64,000 bases of DNA, from positions 248,001 to 312,000 of IMG/VR virus record IMGVR_UViG_3300034072_000758. One strand, written 5' to 3'. Positions 1 through 9,900 of the stretch are shown one piece after another. The notes under the pieces were generated by a model that was given only the letters and a program-made list of their open reading frames with translations, had not been told where the DNA came from and did not search any database. The position numbers and the translations under genes were made by a program. How positions within the stretch are numbered: position 1 is the stretch's first letter; each line of letters starts with the position of its first letter.

Positions 1-103
1 AACCGATTAGACCGATAGCGAGAATGAGTAGTGCGGTGGTACGAAACATGATGTGGTCTCCTTTTAAATTGACTGTTCAGTAACAAAGCAAGTATCGTGC
101 CGT

Positions 104-481
104 ATGGAAACTTTTACGCTTGACCTTCTTATCAAACTTATAACGAATGCTCCGAAGAAGTATCGCCGTTCACAACACAATGCTTACACGGCGGAGTTTG
201 TTTGCGGGACAAAAATTTCCTTTGAGTACAAAGCAAGCTTAAAGTACATGGACTTTCGTTGCTACAAAGCGAGATCATTCAGTATACGTGGTTCCGTGAG
301 CGCCAACACTAACCCACCACATTCAAATTATTCACAGTCTTTGAGCTTGGTTGGCTACCGCACATTTCCACTTACCCTACATTTTAGACCCTCTTCGTAT
401 TACTGTCACCTGATCGTCAATGGCAATCAAGAGAAATCCGAAGAAGACTTAGTTAAGTTCCTGTTGGTCAACTGTGGGTAG
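104..481 (+). CDS. Hypothetical protein, C-terminal acidic-hydrophobic tail family
   Basis: ORF after a TTGACT..TATCGT promoter-like element; ends SEEDLVKFLLVNCG. Confidence 0.6.
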   Translation: METFTLDLLIKLITNAPKKYRRSQHNAYTAEFVCGTKISFEYKASLKYMDFRCYKARSFSIRGSVSANTNPPHSNYSQSLSLVGYRTFPLTLHFRPSSYYCHLIVNGNQEKSEEDLVKFLLVNCG

Positions 482-517
482 CTTTGTAGAACTTGGGGGC
501 GATGCTCATGACCCCGA

Positions 518-751
518 TCAGTCCAGAAAGTTGTCGTTGCCATCGCCGATCCAGTCTGGGAGAACCCATTCCAGATGATGCTTGTTGGCGAGTTCGTACA
601 TGTATTCCAGAGCCGTAGGAATGGTCTCGAAGCCACGACGCGAAGCGACTGAATAATCATTCAGTTCATACGACGAACTGTCATATATTTTACAGATCGA
701 AAGCTTGGTGTGGTCCCCACCCGGAAAAATGATGTGATACATGACGGACAT
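518..751 (-). CDS. Hypothetical protein
   Basis: Tightly packed minus-strand operon with 754..1053 and 1050..1370. Confidence 0.6.
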   Translation of the reverse strand: MSVMYHIIFPGGDHTKLSICKIYDSSSYELNDYSVASRRGFETIPTALEYMYELANKHHLEWVLPDWIGDGNDNFLD

Positions 752-753
752 GG

Positions 754-1053
754 TTAGGGTTCCTCCACTTCATATTGGCCACGAATGACCTCTCGACTGA
801 TTTCATTCCAATGGCCACCAAAAAGCCAAGTGCTTGGCTTGGTCAATGACCGTGGGACTTTCACCCATTCGCGCACAATTTTGGTGACGACGACTTGATC
901 GTCCGAGTGTCTATACAGGGTCCGAGCACAGCCGGGGCAATGCTCGAAACGACTGGCGATGAAGAATCCTGTCAGGAACGTAGACTTGTCTGCCGAATCA
1001 AAACAGTGGCGACATACCGAACAGCGAGCGGTGTAATAGACGTTTAGGCTCAT
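754..1053 (-). CDS. Hypothetical protein with two CxxC pairs (possible zinc ribbon)
   Basis: CSVC...CPGC; 4-nt overlap with upstream gene. Confidence 0.6.
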   Translation of the reverse strand: MSLNVYYTARCSVCRHCFDSADKSTFLTGFFIASRFEHCPGCARTLYRHSDDQVVVTKIVREWVKVPRSLTKPSTWLFGGHWNEISREVIRGQYEVEEP

Positions 1054-1370
1054 TGGTTCGGATACTTCGCTGCCAGAATTGCCAGTTGGGCGCGCTCATG
1101 CTTTTCCCGATCAGCAGCGATCTTTTCTTCACGAGCGATGCGTTGCGCCATCTGTTCGTCCGTTTCGGGGACGTAGTGATATATGGACAGCCCGTAACAC
1201 TCGTTAGGGTCATAGCTCCCAGCGATGTCTTCATAGGAGATCATGGCGTTCGGATAGTCGGACTGATACTTTTGGAGATACTTGATCGCATCACCGATGC
1301 TACCGTCAAGATCGCCGGTAATCGTGGTGATGACTTCCTTGACCTTGCCGCGCACACGATTAACAGTCAT
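1050..1370 (-). CDS. Hypothetical protein
   Basis: AGGAG RBS and TTGACA-N17-TATGTT promoter upstream. Confidence 0.7.
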   Translation of the reverse strand: MTVNRVRGKVKEVITTITGDLDGSIGDAIKYLQKYQSDYPNAMISYEDIAGSYDPNECYGLSIYHYVPETDEQMAQRIAREEKIAADREKHERAQLAILAAKYPNQ

Positions 1371-1442
1371 AATATATCTCCTAGAATATTGATATGCTCA
1401 CAACATAACATGAAGCGTGATATTGTCAAGTCATGCCAAGAA

Positions 1443-1468
1443 AAAAGCCCCGGTTATCCGGGGCTTTT
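1443..1468. terminator. Intrinsic terminator, possibly bidirectional
   Basis: AAAAGCCCCGG-TTAT-CCGGGGCTTTT perfect stem flanked by A and T tracts. Confidence 0.85.
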
Positions 1469-1471
1469 ATT

Positions 1472-2056
1472 TTAGAGTTCGTTTTCGTATTTCGAGAACA
1501 TCTTTTTCGAAATACCGTCGAAGACGACCGCGAGACGATGATACAGCATGTTGTAGAGACGAGTGAGTGGATCATTCAGAACCCACCACAGAGCCGACAC
1601 CGGCCAATAGGCCATCCAAAAAACAACACGACCCTTGTGTTCTTTGATGTTGGGTGGGAAGTCGCCTTCATTGTATTGATAACCAGCCAGACGCTTGAAA
1701 GTTTCCTTGTTGAAAGGCTTACCTTCTTCGGTATAAAGCTTGCGCAAAGCTTCGTACTTGTCACGTTGCTTGAGGCAGTAGAAGAACCACTTGACGATAC
1801 CCCAGAGGATGCCGACGCCGATATAACCGGCGACATAGTAGAGGATGGTCAGTGGATTGTGTGTCACCCATGTGAGCCACTGTTTGTCACCGAAAGCCGC
1901 GAACGCAGCGAAAGTGGCGACCAAAGTAAACAGGGCCATTCCGCTCTTTTCGTTCTCAACGAACGCAATAAGAAGAAGGAAAGGAATGACGGTCGCGGCC
2001 CAGAACCAGATGGACCCAAAAACGATCAGTTCGTAAAACATTGTGTTCTCCAACAC
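1472..2056 (-). CDS. Membrane protein
   Basis: Several hydrophobic segments; start probably the Met at about 2041 after GGAG. Confidence 0.7.
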   Translation of the reverse strand: MLENTMFYELIVFGSIWFWAATVIPFLLLIAFVENEKSGMALFTLVATFAAFAAFGDKQWLTWVTHNPLTILYYVAGYIGVGILWGIVKWFFYCLKQRDKYEALRKLYTEEGKPFNKETFKRLAGYQYNEGDFPPNIKEHKGRVVFWMAYWPVSALWWVLNDPLTRLYNMLYHRLAVVFDGISKKMFSKYENEL

Positions 2057-2118
2057 ATAAGATTATCTTAGTAATACATGTAAGACAATCGTAAGTCAAC
2101 TGTTAAAAGAACACCATT

Positions 2119-2349
2119 TCATCGGCGGAAAAGCCATGCGACATAAAAGACTGCCAGCGCAATCATAATGGCGATGTAGAACCCGCCTTGCGCAAGCTGG
2201 AATGTGCGGGGTTCGAGCTTGGAACCCGCGAAGAAGATGGTCATCACGCCGACAAACAGTACGGCTTCGATAGCGAAAAGAGCCAGTCCGGCCAGAATTT
2301 TCAGGATCATTGTTTTTACCTTAATCGAAGAAATTGAACCTTTTCCCAT
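2119..2349 (-). CDS. Small membrane protein (start likely about 2310)
   Basis: Two hydrophobic helices. Confidence 0.55.
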   Translation of the reverse strand: MGKGSISSIKVKTMILKILAGLALFAIEAVLFVGVMTIFFAGSKLEPRTFQLAQGGFYIAIMIALAVFYVAWLFRR

Positions 2350-2389
2350 GTCGTGATTTCATCTGCGTCGATGCGCTTTTCAGGAGGCA

Positions 2390-3013
2390 TTAGTAAATCT
2401 CCGACAAGTTCTTATTCGGGATGAACGTGACGATCACGCGATCCTCTGGGTTGTACACGAGGCCGATGGTTTCACTGGCGACATTCAGGGTCACCGTGAT
2501 ACAATCGTCATTGGTGTTGTGAAGCGTGTAGCGTCCCGCGTCCATTTGCTTCACGATCTCGTCCACATAGTCCGAGTTGAGGTCGATACCCCAGCGTTGC
2601 TTGGCACGTTCGACCGCATGTTTCGTGACGTGTTCATAGGCGGCGCTGGTCACCTTGGCTACCTGACGCTTACCGACATGGACCGTCACGCGGTACTTGC
2701 TACCCTCGTAGTAAACAGTGGCCGAATAGAACCACTTACCGTCATAGCGCTTCGGAACATCCGTCTCGAACAGAGACAGGAAATCCTTGGCAATCTTTTC
2801 TTGATGGGTTTTGAAACCGAGCTTGGATAGATCGGCGAACGCTTGGGTAGAAGCGATCTCGAAATCGTATAGAGGAAGTTCTTCGCTTTCATGCGTATAA
2901 CGATTTACACGCACACGATGTTCGCCACCCTTATGGTCCTTGTAGATGACGGTCGAGACGCCGTTTATACCATCGTAACGGAACACTTCGGCCACGCTAA
3001 AGAGAAGAGACAT
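2390..3013 (-). CDS. Hypothetical protein; C-terminal domain resembles RelE/DUF4258-like folds
   Basis: TKHAVERAKQRWGI...VYNPEDRVIVTFIP. Confidence 0.45.
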   Translation of the reverse strand: MSLLFSVAEVFRYDGINGVSTVIYKDHKGGEHRVRVNRYTHESEELPLYDFEIASTQAFADLSKLGFKTHQEKIAKDFLSLFETDVPKRYDGKWFYSATVYYEGSKYRVTVHVGKRQVAKVTSAAYEHVTKHAVERAKQRWGIDLNSDYVDEIVKQMDAGRYTLHNTNDDCITVTLNVASETIGLVYNPEDRVIVTFIPNKNLSEIY

Positions 3014-3210
3014 TATTGCTCCTTCCCATCCAGAACAGCCTTGATCTTTGCCGACAGTTCTTCGGCTTGGCGCGCAAGGTCTTCACCCTTTGCTTTGAGT
3101 TCAGCTTCCTTGGCTAATTCTTCTGGGGTAGGATCGACCCAGACTTGCTCCGGTTCCATCCAGCTATTGACGCCATCCGTGAAGCGTTTCATGACAGTCT
3201 TATATGGCAT
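3013..3210 (-). CDS. Hypothetical protein
   Basis: AGGAG RBS; coupled to downstream gene. Confidence 0.6.
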   Translation of the reverse strand: MPYKTVMKRFTDGVNSWMEPEQVWVDPTPEELAKEAELKAKGEDLARQAEELSAKIKAVLDGKEQ

Positions 3211-3319
3211 CAGATTCGATCTCCTATAAAATATTTGTCCATATTATCATACATTGTGTTTATGTCAATATACTCGGAAAATTATTGACAGTATAACATC
3301 ATTAAAATATATTCCGACC

Positions 3320-5035
3320 ATGAACATTAAGAACCATATTGCCGGATTATTGCGTCGTTCGATTGGCGAACAATTCGATAAGTACGATGAAGTAGTCATA
3401 TCGACTTCGGATAAAGAAGGCGTAGATTTCCAATACAATGGCGCATTCAAACTCGCCAAAGAAGTTGGGACATCGCCAGAAAAAATTGTCGAAATACTTT
3501 GTGCTAACTTCCCAACCGAAGTTGCTTCCACGTCTTTAGGTGGCAAAGGGTTCATGAATTTTTCGGTGAGCCAAGACTATCTTAACAAAACAATCTCGTG
3601 GCTTGCTAACGATAAACGTCTTGGGTTTCGAGAAGGTGTTCCGGGGTTCAGGATTATTATGGATTTTGGTGGACCCAATGTCGCCAAAGCCCTTCATGTC
3701 GGTCACCTTCGTTCGGCAATCATTGGTGACACACTGGCGCGGATATTCCGTTTCGCCGGATGTGAAGTCATCACCGATTGTCATCTAGGTGATTGGGGTT
3801 TTCAGATGGGCCTCTTGATTGTGGCCATTCAGGATTTATATCCCGATCTCCCCTATTTCGATTCAACCTTTGCTGGGGAATATCCACAAACGTCTCCGGT
3901 AACGCTCGCCGATCTGGAAGCGCTTTATCCCATCGCCTCGAAGAAGGCTGAAACCGACGAAGCATTCAGATCACGTGCGCAAGAAGCCACAACCATCCTC
4001 CAAACGCCATCCGACCGAAATGGGTATAAGGAACTGTGGAAACACATCGTTTCTGTTTCGGTCGCACAAATCAAAATCGACTTTGAACGTCTGGACGTAT
4101 CCTTCAATCTGTGGAACGGCGAGAGCCATGTCAATGACATGATCCCGGCGATGATCACCGAGCTTGAGCCTTTCACTAAGGAAGACGATGGCGCAATCAT
4201 CATGCCGCTGGATGATCTTCCACCTCTGATCGTCAAGTCCAAGGCTGGTGCGGCTCTTTATGGTACGACCGATCTGGCGACGATCAAGCAACGTAGCGAA
4301 GAGTATAAACCTTCGGTAATGTTCTATTGCGTGGACTATAGACAGGCTACGCATTTTGAACAGGTCTTCGCCGCTGCCTATAAGGCTGAGTTTACGTATG
4401 CCTCTCTTGAACACCTCAAGAATGGCACAGTCAACGGTCAGGATGGAAAACCGTTCAAGACCAGAACTGGCGGCACTGCGAAGCTGGTTGATCTGATCGA
4501 CATGGCACGGGATGCTGCGCGGGATGCTTTATCTCAATCGGAATCAGCAAAGAAGCTTTCAGAAGACAGTTTTGAAAAAGCGGTCGATGCCATTTCGCTG
4601 GCCGCATTGCGCTTTGGTGAATTGATCAACAAGCGTACCGAATCCTATGTGTTCGACACCGACCGTTTTGGCTTCGAAGGGAAGACCGGACCATATATCA
4701 TCTATCAGTGTGTTCGGATCAAGTCTGCCCTCAGCAAGACGACCGAGCAACCCGGTTATATCGACATCGGTGATGATGAACGTGAAATTGCGATCCTGAT
4801 TGACGGCTTCCAAGAAGCTATTCAACAGACGATGGTGAATCGTATGCCGCACTATCTGGCCACTCATGCCTATGAACTGGCAAGCGCATTCTCGCGGTAT
4901 TACGGGAAGGTTAGCATCCTTCATGAAGCGGATGACGACAAGAGACGTTCACGCTTGGCGCTGTTGTCTCTTGTCTACTCGACGCTCGAATTGGAGCTTG
5001 AGTTGCTGGGGATCAAAATCCCCGACGCGATGTGA
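3320..5035 (+). CDS. argS: Arginyl-tRNA synthetase
   Basis: DFGGPNVAKALHVGHLRSAIIGD (HIGH motif), HLGDWGFQMG, YGTTDLAT, KPFKTRTG, FEGKTGPYIIY, canonical C-terminus LLGIKIPDAM; start moved to ATG 3320. Confidence 0.95.
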   Translation: MNIKNHIAGLLRRSIGEQFDKYDEVVISTSDKEGVDFQYNGAFKLAKEVGTSPEKIVEILCANFPTEVASTSLGGKGFMNFSVSQDYLNKTISWLANDKRLGFREGVPGFRIIMDFGGPNVAKALHVGHLRSAIIGDTLARIFRFAGCEVITDCHLGDWGFQMGLLIVAIQDLYPDLPYFDSTFAGEYPQTSPVTLADLEALYPIASKKAETDEAFRSRAQEATTILQTPSDRNGYKELWKHIVSVSVAQIKIDFERLDVSFNLWNGESHVNDMIPAMITELEPFTKEDDGAIIMPLDDLPPLIVKSKAGAALYGTTDLATIKQRSEEYKPSVMFYCVDYRQATHFEQVFAAAYKAEFTYASLEHLKNGTVNGQDGKPFKTRTGGTAKLVDLIDMARDAARDALSQSESAKKLSEDSFEKAVDAISLAALRFGELINKRTESYVFDTDRFGFEGKTGPYIIYQCVRIKSALSKTTEQPGYIDIGDDEREIAILIDGFQEAIQQTMVNRMPHYLATHAYELASAFSRYYGKVSILHEADDDKRRSRLALLSLVYSTLELELELLGIKIPDAM

Positions 5036-5461
5036 TTATGTCGTTTGAACTACTTTGGCGTATTCTATAGTCAACGTTTGAGTACAAGGTTCAGTAAGTG
5101 AATATGATAATTCACTTCTTTCAATCGACACCACATTGCATTCAGATAGTTCCCAAGTTTCGAGCGGAAGGTGCTGTCCGCCATCAAGAACGCTGATAAC
5201 AATCTTGAAATCTTTACCCAGCAGTTTGATAGCGTTCTGCGCTTCCTGATTAACAAGCCAGCAAGGGGACGATTGGTTGCCGATCAAAGTCGTTTTCCGA
5301 GAAGATGGGCGAGATACCTTCGCCAAAGCTAATGACAGGTATTCAAGTTCTTCACCGGCACAAGTTGTGAAAACGACTTTGAACTTGTGCGAGACCATTG
5401 GTTGAATGATTCGACCGAGAGACGTTCCTAATGGAACGCCAAATGAAACTGTAGATGACAT
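5036..5461 (-). CDS. Tail-tube-like (gp19-type) paralog
   Basis: QPMVSHKFKVVF...SRP...VLDGG...LETWEL..C...LSYS..EP...LTIEY pattern; late promoter upstream. Confidence 0.55.
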   Translation of the reverse strand: MSSTVSFGVPLGTSLGRIIQPMVSHKFKVVFTTCAGEELEYLSLALAKVSRPSSRKTTLIGNQSSPCWLVNQEAQNAIKLLGKDFKIVISVLDGGQHLPLETWELSECNVVSIERSELSYSLTEPCTQTLTIEYAKVVQTT

Positions 5462-5468
5462 AATAAAA

Positions 5469-5494
5469 ACCCCTTAAAATATTATTTAAGGGGT
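5469..5494 (-). promoter_or_regulatory. Hairpin masking the RBS, with an embedded late promoter (TAAATA)
   Basis: ACCCCTTAAA-N6-TTTAAGGGGT 10-bp stem; the minus-strand 3' arm is the AAGGGG RBS. Confidence 0.65.
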
Positions 5495-5508
5495 AATTAA
5501 CACCGGCT

Positions 5509-5706
5509 TTAATCTTTGTCTTTGTCAGTCCAGATCACATAGGGTTGTTTGCCTTTTTCCTTGATCTTTTTGGCATTGTGAATACACCATTTATGGTCAG
5601 CGTATCGGGAATCGTCCGCCCGACGCCATTGTGACCAGAAGGTAGGCTTCACCTCGATTACGTAGCGGTCATCGACCCACCATTCATGAACAACGCGAAC
5701 TCGCAT
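5509..5706 (-). CDS. Hypothetical protein
   Basis: AAGGA RBS; similar in style to 9008..9259. Confidence 0.6.
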   Translation of the reverse strand: MRVRVVHEWWVDDRYVIEVKPTFWSQWRRADDSRYADHKWCIHNAKKIKEKGKQPYVIWTDKDKD

Positions 5707-5715
5707 GATGTTTCC

Positions 5716-6201
5716 TTAAATCTTATCCAGCATTGCTTGGTGGACGCCGAGCCAGTTGTGATGACGCTTGGCGACTTCATCTTTGTGAACGAACTCGCGC
5801 CCGGTACATTCGAAGCGAGCCTCGAACGGATGCGTCCGGTAGTCATCGATGGCGAAGAATAGTTGGTAACCGATAAGGGGATAGCCCTTCTCAACGCCCT
5901 TGGGGTTGTCGCGGTTGTCCACGCGGATCGCGCCCAGCAGATACATACCCAGAGCGTCGATACAGGCTTCCTCGAACACTTCCCGACGAATAGCCTCCGA
6001 GTGCGTCTCACCCGGCTCAACGTGACCCCCAATGATGTCCAGACCACGTGGATTGACGGTGAACATAACTTCGCCGCCATAGCCCAGCGGGAAGGCGTGG
6101 ACGGATGTTACAATCGGGTCTGTAATGCGCATGTATTCGACAACGGAAAGGGCGGTCAGATAGACCGCCGCATCACCGAACATGACCTTTTCTTCTGACA
6201 T
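5716..6201 (-). CDS. Nudix hydrolase
   Basis: Nudix box GGHVEPGETHSEAIRREVFEEA. Confidence 0.9.
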   Translation of the reverse strand: MSEEKVMFGDAAVYLTALSVVEYMRITDPIVTSVHAFPLGYGGEVMFTVNPRGLDIIGGHVEPGETHSEAIRREVFEEACIDALGMYLLGAIRVDNRDNPKGVEKGYPLIGYQLFFAIDDYRTHPFEARFECTGREFVHKDEVAKRHHNWLGVHQAMLDKI

Positions 6202-6833
6202 TAAACGTTCACCTCAATGCGTTCTTTGCCACGACGAACGAAGCCACCGTTCTTGATCAGTTCGTTGTGCGGAACCATAGTGTATTCGGCGATGGTTCGA
6301 AAATGCTGAATGTCGTATTGAACCACGATGCCTTCGAAGCGCTTGATCTCGCGGACGACAGCCGTTTGGAGCTTGATTTCACCGAATATTTCGAACTCGA
6401 AATCGACTGTTTCGCCGACCTTCAACGGAGCTTCGGTGACGCGGGCCAGATCAACGAGCTTGAAACCCATCATAGTGACTTCATGAGCTTCCTTATCATC
6501 GATCACGAAGATGTCGCCGAACATAGACGAGCGCAGACCATAGATTTTCCCGTTGCGGCCATCATGCCATAGAGGACGCTTCACTTCGACATTCGGGAAA
6601 TAGTCGCCATTACGCTCATAGCCTTCGGGATTTTCCGACCACTTGCTTTCGGGAACATCAAAATATGGCCCCATAGACCAAGAGCCTTTGACATTGTTGG
6701 TTTGACGCCACGATTTGTTCAAAGCATCATTCACATCGGTGCCATCTTCAAAAGTGATTTCGGCGACCAGTTCCATACCTTCCTTGAGGCCGGTCAGTTC
6801 ATTGAACTTTGTATGATAAACCGAAACTTTCAT
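6201..6833 (-). CDS. Hypothetical protein
   Basis: AGGAG RBS, TTGACA promoter upstream. Confidence 0.7.
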   Translation of the reverse strand: MKVSVYHTKFNELTGLKEGMELVAEITFEDGTDVNDALNKSWRQTNNVKGSWSMGPYFDVPESKWSENPEGYERNGDYFPNVEVKRPLWHDGRNGKIYGLRSSMFGDIFVIDDKEAHEVTMMGFKLVDLARVTEAPLKVGETVDFEFEIFGEIKLQTAVVREIKRFEGIVVQYDIQHFRTIAEYTMVPHNELIKNGGFVRRGKERIEVNV

Positions 6834-6898
6834 GTGATGTGCTCCTATATAATATTCGATATTATATTTCTATCACAGATATAAAAGTTGTCAAGCTA

Positions 6899-7123
6899 TC
6901 AACTTAAAAAGTCTTTAGGGAATAATGCTATTCTACATTGACCATCACTGGTTTTAATCATACGTTCTACATGTTGATTGGATAATGTTTCTTCGGTGTG
7001 GCCGTCTGAGCAAACATCAAATGTTTTGAAACAAGAATCGCATATGACGGTGCCTTCCTCGAAGGAGGACATTTCAAACCCGCAATGTAAACACTCGAAC
7101 TTGATCATACTTCTATTTAACAT
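6899..7123 (-). CDS. Small zinc-ribbon-like protein
   Basis: CLHC...CDSC. Confidence 0.45.
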   Translation of the reverse strand: MLNRSMIKFECLHCGFEMSSFEEGTVICDSCFKTFDVCSDGHTEETLSNQHVERMIKTSDGQCRIALFPKDFLS

Positions 7124-7142
7124 ATTTTGTAACTCGATGTGA

Positions 7143-7150
7143 AATAAATA
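7143..7150 (+). promoter_or_regulatory. T4-like late promoter, 5 nt before ATG
   Basis: AATAAATA-TCCAC-ATG. Confidence 0.7.
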
Positions 7151-7155
7151 TCCAC

Positions 7156-7539
7156 ATGAGCAACTGGTATAGAAATTTGATCAACCTTCTCGAAGGCGCG
7201 GAACCATTGGTGCTTTATCACGGGACACACGCCAAGTTTGATGGTGTTCCGACCATTCCAGAAAGCGGTGCTGGTCTATATGGGCGCGGGGTTTATTTCT
7301 CGACCGATAAACGTGTTGCGCAAGGCCACGGTCCCACCATTGTCACTTGTACAGTGTCAGGAAAACTCGCCACCAATGCTCAATTGGATGCGGCTAGAGA
7401 ACAAGCATCAGAAGAAGGCTTTGTTAGATCGGAGAAGATGCATCGTGCCAGAGACATCCTTATCGATGCCGGGTATGTGGGTGTTCAGGATAAAGACCTT
7501 GTGGTGGTCTATGTTCAGGATGCTATGACGAGAGTTTAA
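7156..7539 (+). CDS. Leader-bearing ADP-ribosyltransferase-like protein
   Basis: MSNWYRNLINLLE leader; LYHGT...YGRGVYFSTD. Confidence 0.65.
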   Translation: MSNWYRNLINLLEGAEPLVLYHGTHAKFDGVPTIPESGAGLYGRGVYFSTDKRVAQGHGPTIVTCTVSGKLATNAQLDAAREQASEEGFVRSEKMHRARDILIDAGYVGVQDKDLVVVYVQDAMTRV

Positions 7540-7819
7540 GCGCATCTATCTTCGTTTGAAGCGTGGCAATCTCGTTTAGATCAATATCCACCGCTTCGAC
7601 CGAATAATACTGTTTCGATTGTTGAAATTTCGAAGCGAGGTCCAATGCTTCTCCTGCTACCAGTATAGCATCAGCTACCAAAGCGTCTGCTGCGTTTTGG
7701 ACGAAGTATTTGGATAGGATATGCGTAGTCGCATCAACCTCAGCCAGCCGGGTCGTATGATACGCCGTTAGGACTTGCTCTACGAGCTTGCGTAAATTGA
7801 GATTATTTTGATATGACAT
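7523..7819 (-). CDS. Hypothetical late protein
   Basis: TTTAAATA and AAGGA RBS upstream; N-terminus ...LRKLVE. Confidence 0.55.
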   Translation of the reverse strand: MSYQNNLNLRKLVEQVLTAYHTTRLAEVDATTHILSKYFVQNAADALVADAILVAGEALDLASKFQQSKQYYSVEAVDIDLNEIATLQTKIDALKLSS

Positions 7820-7839
7820 ACTATCCTTATATCGCATAT

Positions 7840-8331
7840 TTAAAATGTGTCAAGCCAATAGGGGGCGCGACGATTTTTCCAAAAATGAATGTGTGCTTTT
7901 TCATGTCGATAGAAAAAACGATAGCTATCAACGAAATTATCACCTCTATATTTTTCAGGCATACAAAGCGTTACAGACGTAAATGGAATGTCCGGTAAGC
8001 TATCTATCCATAAAGGGTTTTGTTCTGAGAACTGATGCCATTTTAAGAATGATTTATGAAATTTTGTTTCTGGGTGATTATAGCGGTAGCGCCATTCGTG
8101 GTGTAACGCATGAAGTAAATCTTGTAACCAAAGAGCATTGTAGCGAGATTGTCCTACCCATAACCGCGAAGGGTGGTTCCAGTGTGTTGGCTTCATAGGC
8201 GTCTCATACCCAAGAACATTTGCTGTTGTACACAAAAGTTGCGCATACTCGGAAATCATTTTTACCACATGCTTATCGACATGGTATTCTGCGCAAATTA
8301 CGGGATCGAGGTCTAAGGCAAATATATTCAT
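7840..8331 (-). CDS. Pyrimidine-dimer DNA glycosylase (DenV-like) family protein
   Basis: MNIFALD.DP..CAEYHVDKHVVKMISEYAQLL...THWNHP. Confidence 0.75.
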   Translation of the reverse strand: MNIFALDLDPVICAEYHVDKHVVKMISEYAQLLCTTANVLGYETPMKPTHWNHPSRLWVGQSRYNALWLQDLLHALHHEWRYRYNHPETKFHKSFLKWHQFSEQNPLWIDSLPDIPFTSVTLCMPEKYRGDNFVDSYRFFYRHEKAHIHFWKNRRAPYWLDTF

Positions 8332-8498
8332 AAAAAAACATTTAGCCATAGTGTTGGTTTAGTTCAATTTAAAACCGGATTGACCCATCGATGTTTTTCC
8401 ATATATTTTTTTAGCATTAAAAAAGACGCTGCCTACCATTTACTACTTTGTTCAATATGTTTCAAACCGCCGATGGGCTACGCCTAAGTAAAAAATAC

Positions 8499-8963
8499 TT
8501 AGTCGGGGCGAAAAACTTTCTCTCCCCAATATTTCTTAGCAGCTTCACAGTATGCGGCATAGGCTTGTTCGGGAGTGTCAAAGTCACCAAGATGTCTATG
8601 CCGATCCCTGTAGAACAATCTAGCTTGATATTTACCGCGACGTTTGGTTACGCCTTTATATCCAGTAGATGAATTTTTTTGAAGGCCGCGTTTTGCTCGA
8701 CTTTCTTCATCCGTTAGCGGTTGAAGATTATCGTGGCGATCATCACCTTTTACGTTGTTTATGTGATCAATATTGGGCCGATCATCTGGGATAGCGCCAT
8801 ATACGAGCACGTACATGAGTCTATGCCGCATATATGGTTCACCATCGACCGTAACGCGATAATATCCTTCTCCTTTACCTTTTTCGCACCCGGCGTTTAA
8901 AAGGGTTTCTGGGGTGAAAATTTCTCGAAGACGTTCTTGTGTGGGTAACGGTTTTCTATACAT
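8499..8963 (-). mobile_element. Free-standing HNH-AP2 homing endonuclease
   Basis: HRLMY...IDHINNVKGDDRHDNL (HNH) plus NSSTGYKGV...YQARL...HLGDFDTPEQAYAAY (AP2). Confidence 0.85.
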
Positions 8964-9007
8964 ACCGCTATGGTATCGTAACCTCACAAGTATAGTCAAA
9001 ATAAATT

Positions 9008-9259
9008 TTAATCGTTGACCACACCCGTCCAGACGACCTTGCTAGGTGTCGTTTGAATTTTCAGCCACCTCAGCGCTTCGTGTTCAGTATCGAACATGGC
9101 TGTCCCTTTGATCGGCAAGATGTAATACTTCCAGCATTTGTAGCGATTGATGAACCCTTTGAAAGGGTTGATAGAAAATTCACAATGTTCTGCTTCCCAC
9201 TGAGGGAAATAGTACATCGTGCCATTGCGCGGTTCACGAACGATGCGAACGTTGGTCAT
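9008..9259 (-). CDS. Hypothetical protein
   Basis: Coupled to upstream ORF. Confidence 0.6.
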   Translation of the reverse strand: MTNVRIVREPRNGTMYYFPQWEAEHCEFSINPFKGFINRYKCWKYYILPIKGTAMFDTEHEALRWLKIQTTPSKVVWTGVVND

Positions 9260-9900
9260 TAGCGTTTATCCATTATAAGCTTAGACACGAGAAGAGAAAA
9301 CTCGACAGTGAAGCAATTGTCACGGATTTGATTGTCCGTGTCAACACAAGCATAGCTGATCGGCCCACGAAACTTGTTCAGTGCCTCCACACTATCAAGA
9401 CTTTCGGCGTAGGTAGAGATCGTCGCCCAGAGTTCATCCCGACGATGATAGACCGCTTGCTGCGCATCAGCGAAGGCAACCAGATCGGCCATCATTTTCT
9501 TTGTCAACTTGAGTGGCGTTGTTTCGGGAGTATGTGTGGTGTAGTTATACGGCGTATTGGACTCCGGGTCTTTGTAGAAGTCGCAGAGAACCGTAGCCCA
9601 TTCAACGCCGAAGCATCGGCGATACTTGATGTCGGCTTGGGTGATCATGTGGACCTGATGCATGGCATCCCGGCCCTTACGCAACGTGAGGTCCATAGCG
9701 TAGACCTTCTTACCGATCCGATTCCAGAGCTTTACCTGAATATCATAAACACGATCCAATTCATCGGCCAGATCAGTACACTGGTTGAGAAATGCTTCGG
9801 TAAGGATATGAGCATGTTCAGTCGGAACATACGCCATATAGCGCGAGAGATTTTGGGCGCGCTTTGTTTTCTTCTTGCTCGTGGTAGGATCAGCGCTCAT
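9259..9900 (-). CDS. Hypothetical protein
   Basis: GGAG RBS before MSADP. Confidence 0.65.
   Translation of the reverse strand: MSADPTTSKKKTKRAQNLSRYMAYVPTEHAHILTEAFLNQCTDLADELDRVYDIQVKLWNRIGKKVYAMDLTLRKGRDAMHQVHMITQADIKYRRCFGVEWATVLCDFYKDPESNTPYNYTTHTPETTPLKLTKKMMADLVAFADAQQAVYHRRDELWATISTYAESLDSVEALNKFRGPISYACVDTDNQIRDNCFTVEFSLLVSKLIMDKR

Noticed and set aside
1433-2071. Long antisense ORFs (also 9328..9975, 20823..21560, 34180..35100, 42091..42879, 57077..57967, 61457..62011)
   Set aside because: They are shadow frames opposite well-supported genes and show no recognisable motifs.
8499-8963. Group I intron around the HNH-AP2 endonuclease
   Set aside because: The flanking genes appear complete and unrelated; no split gene was evident.
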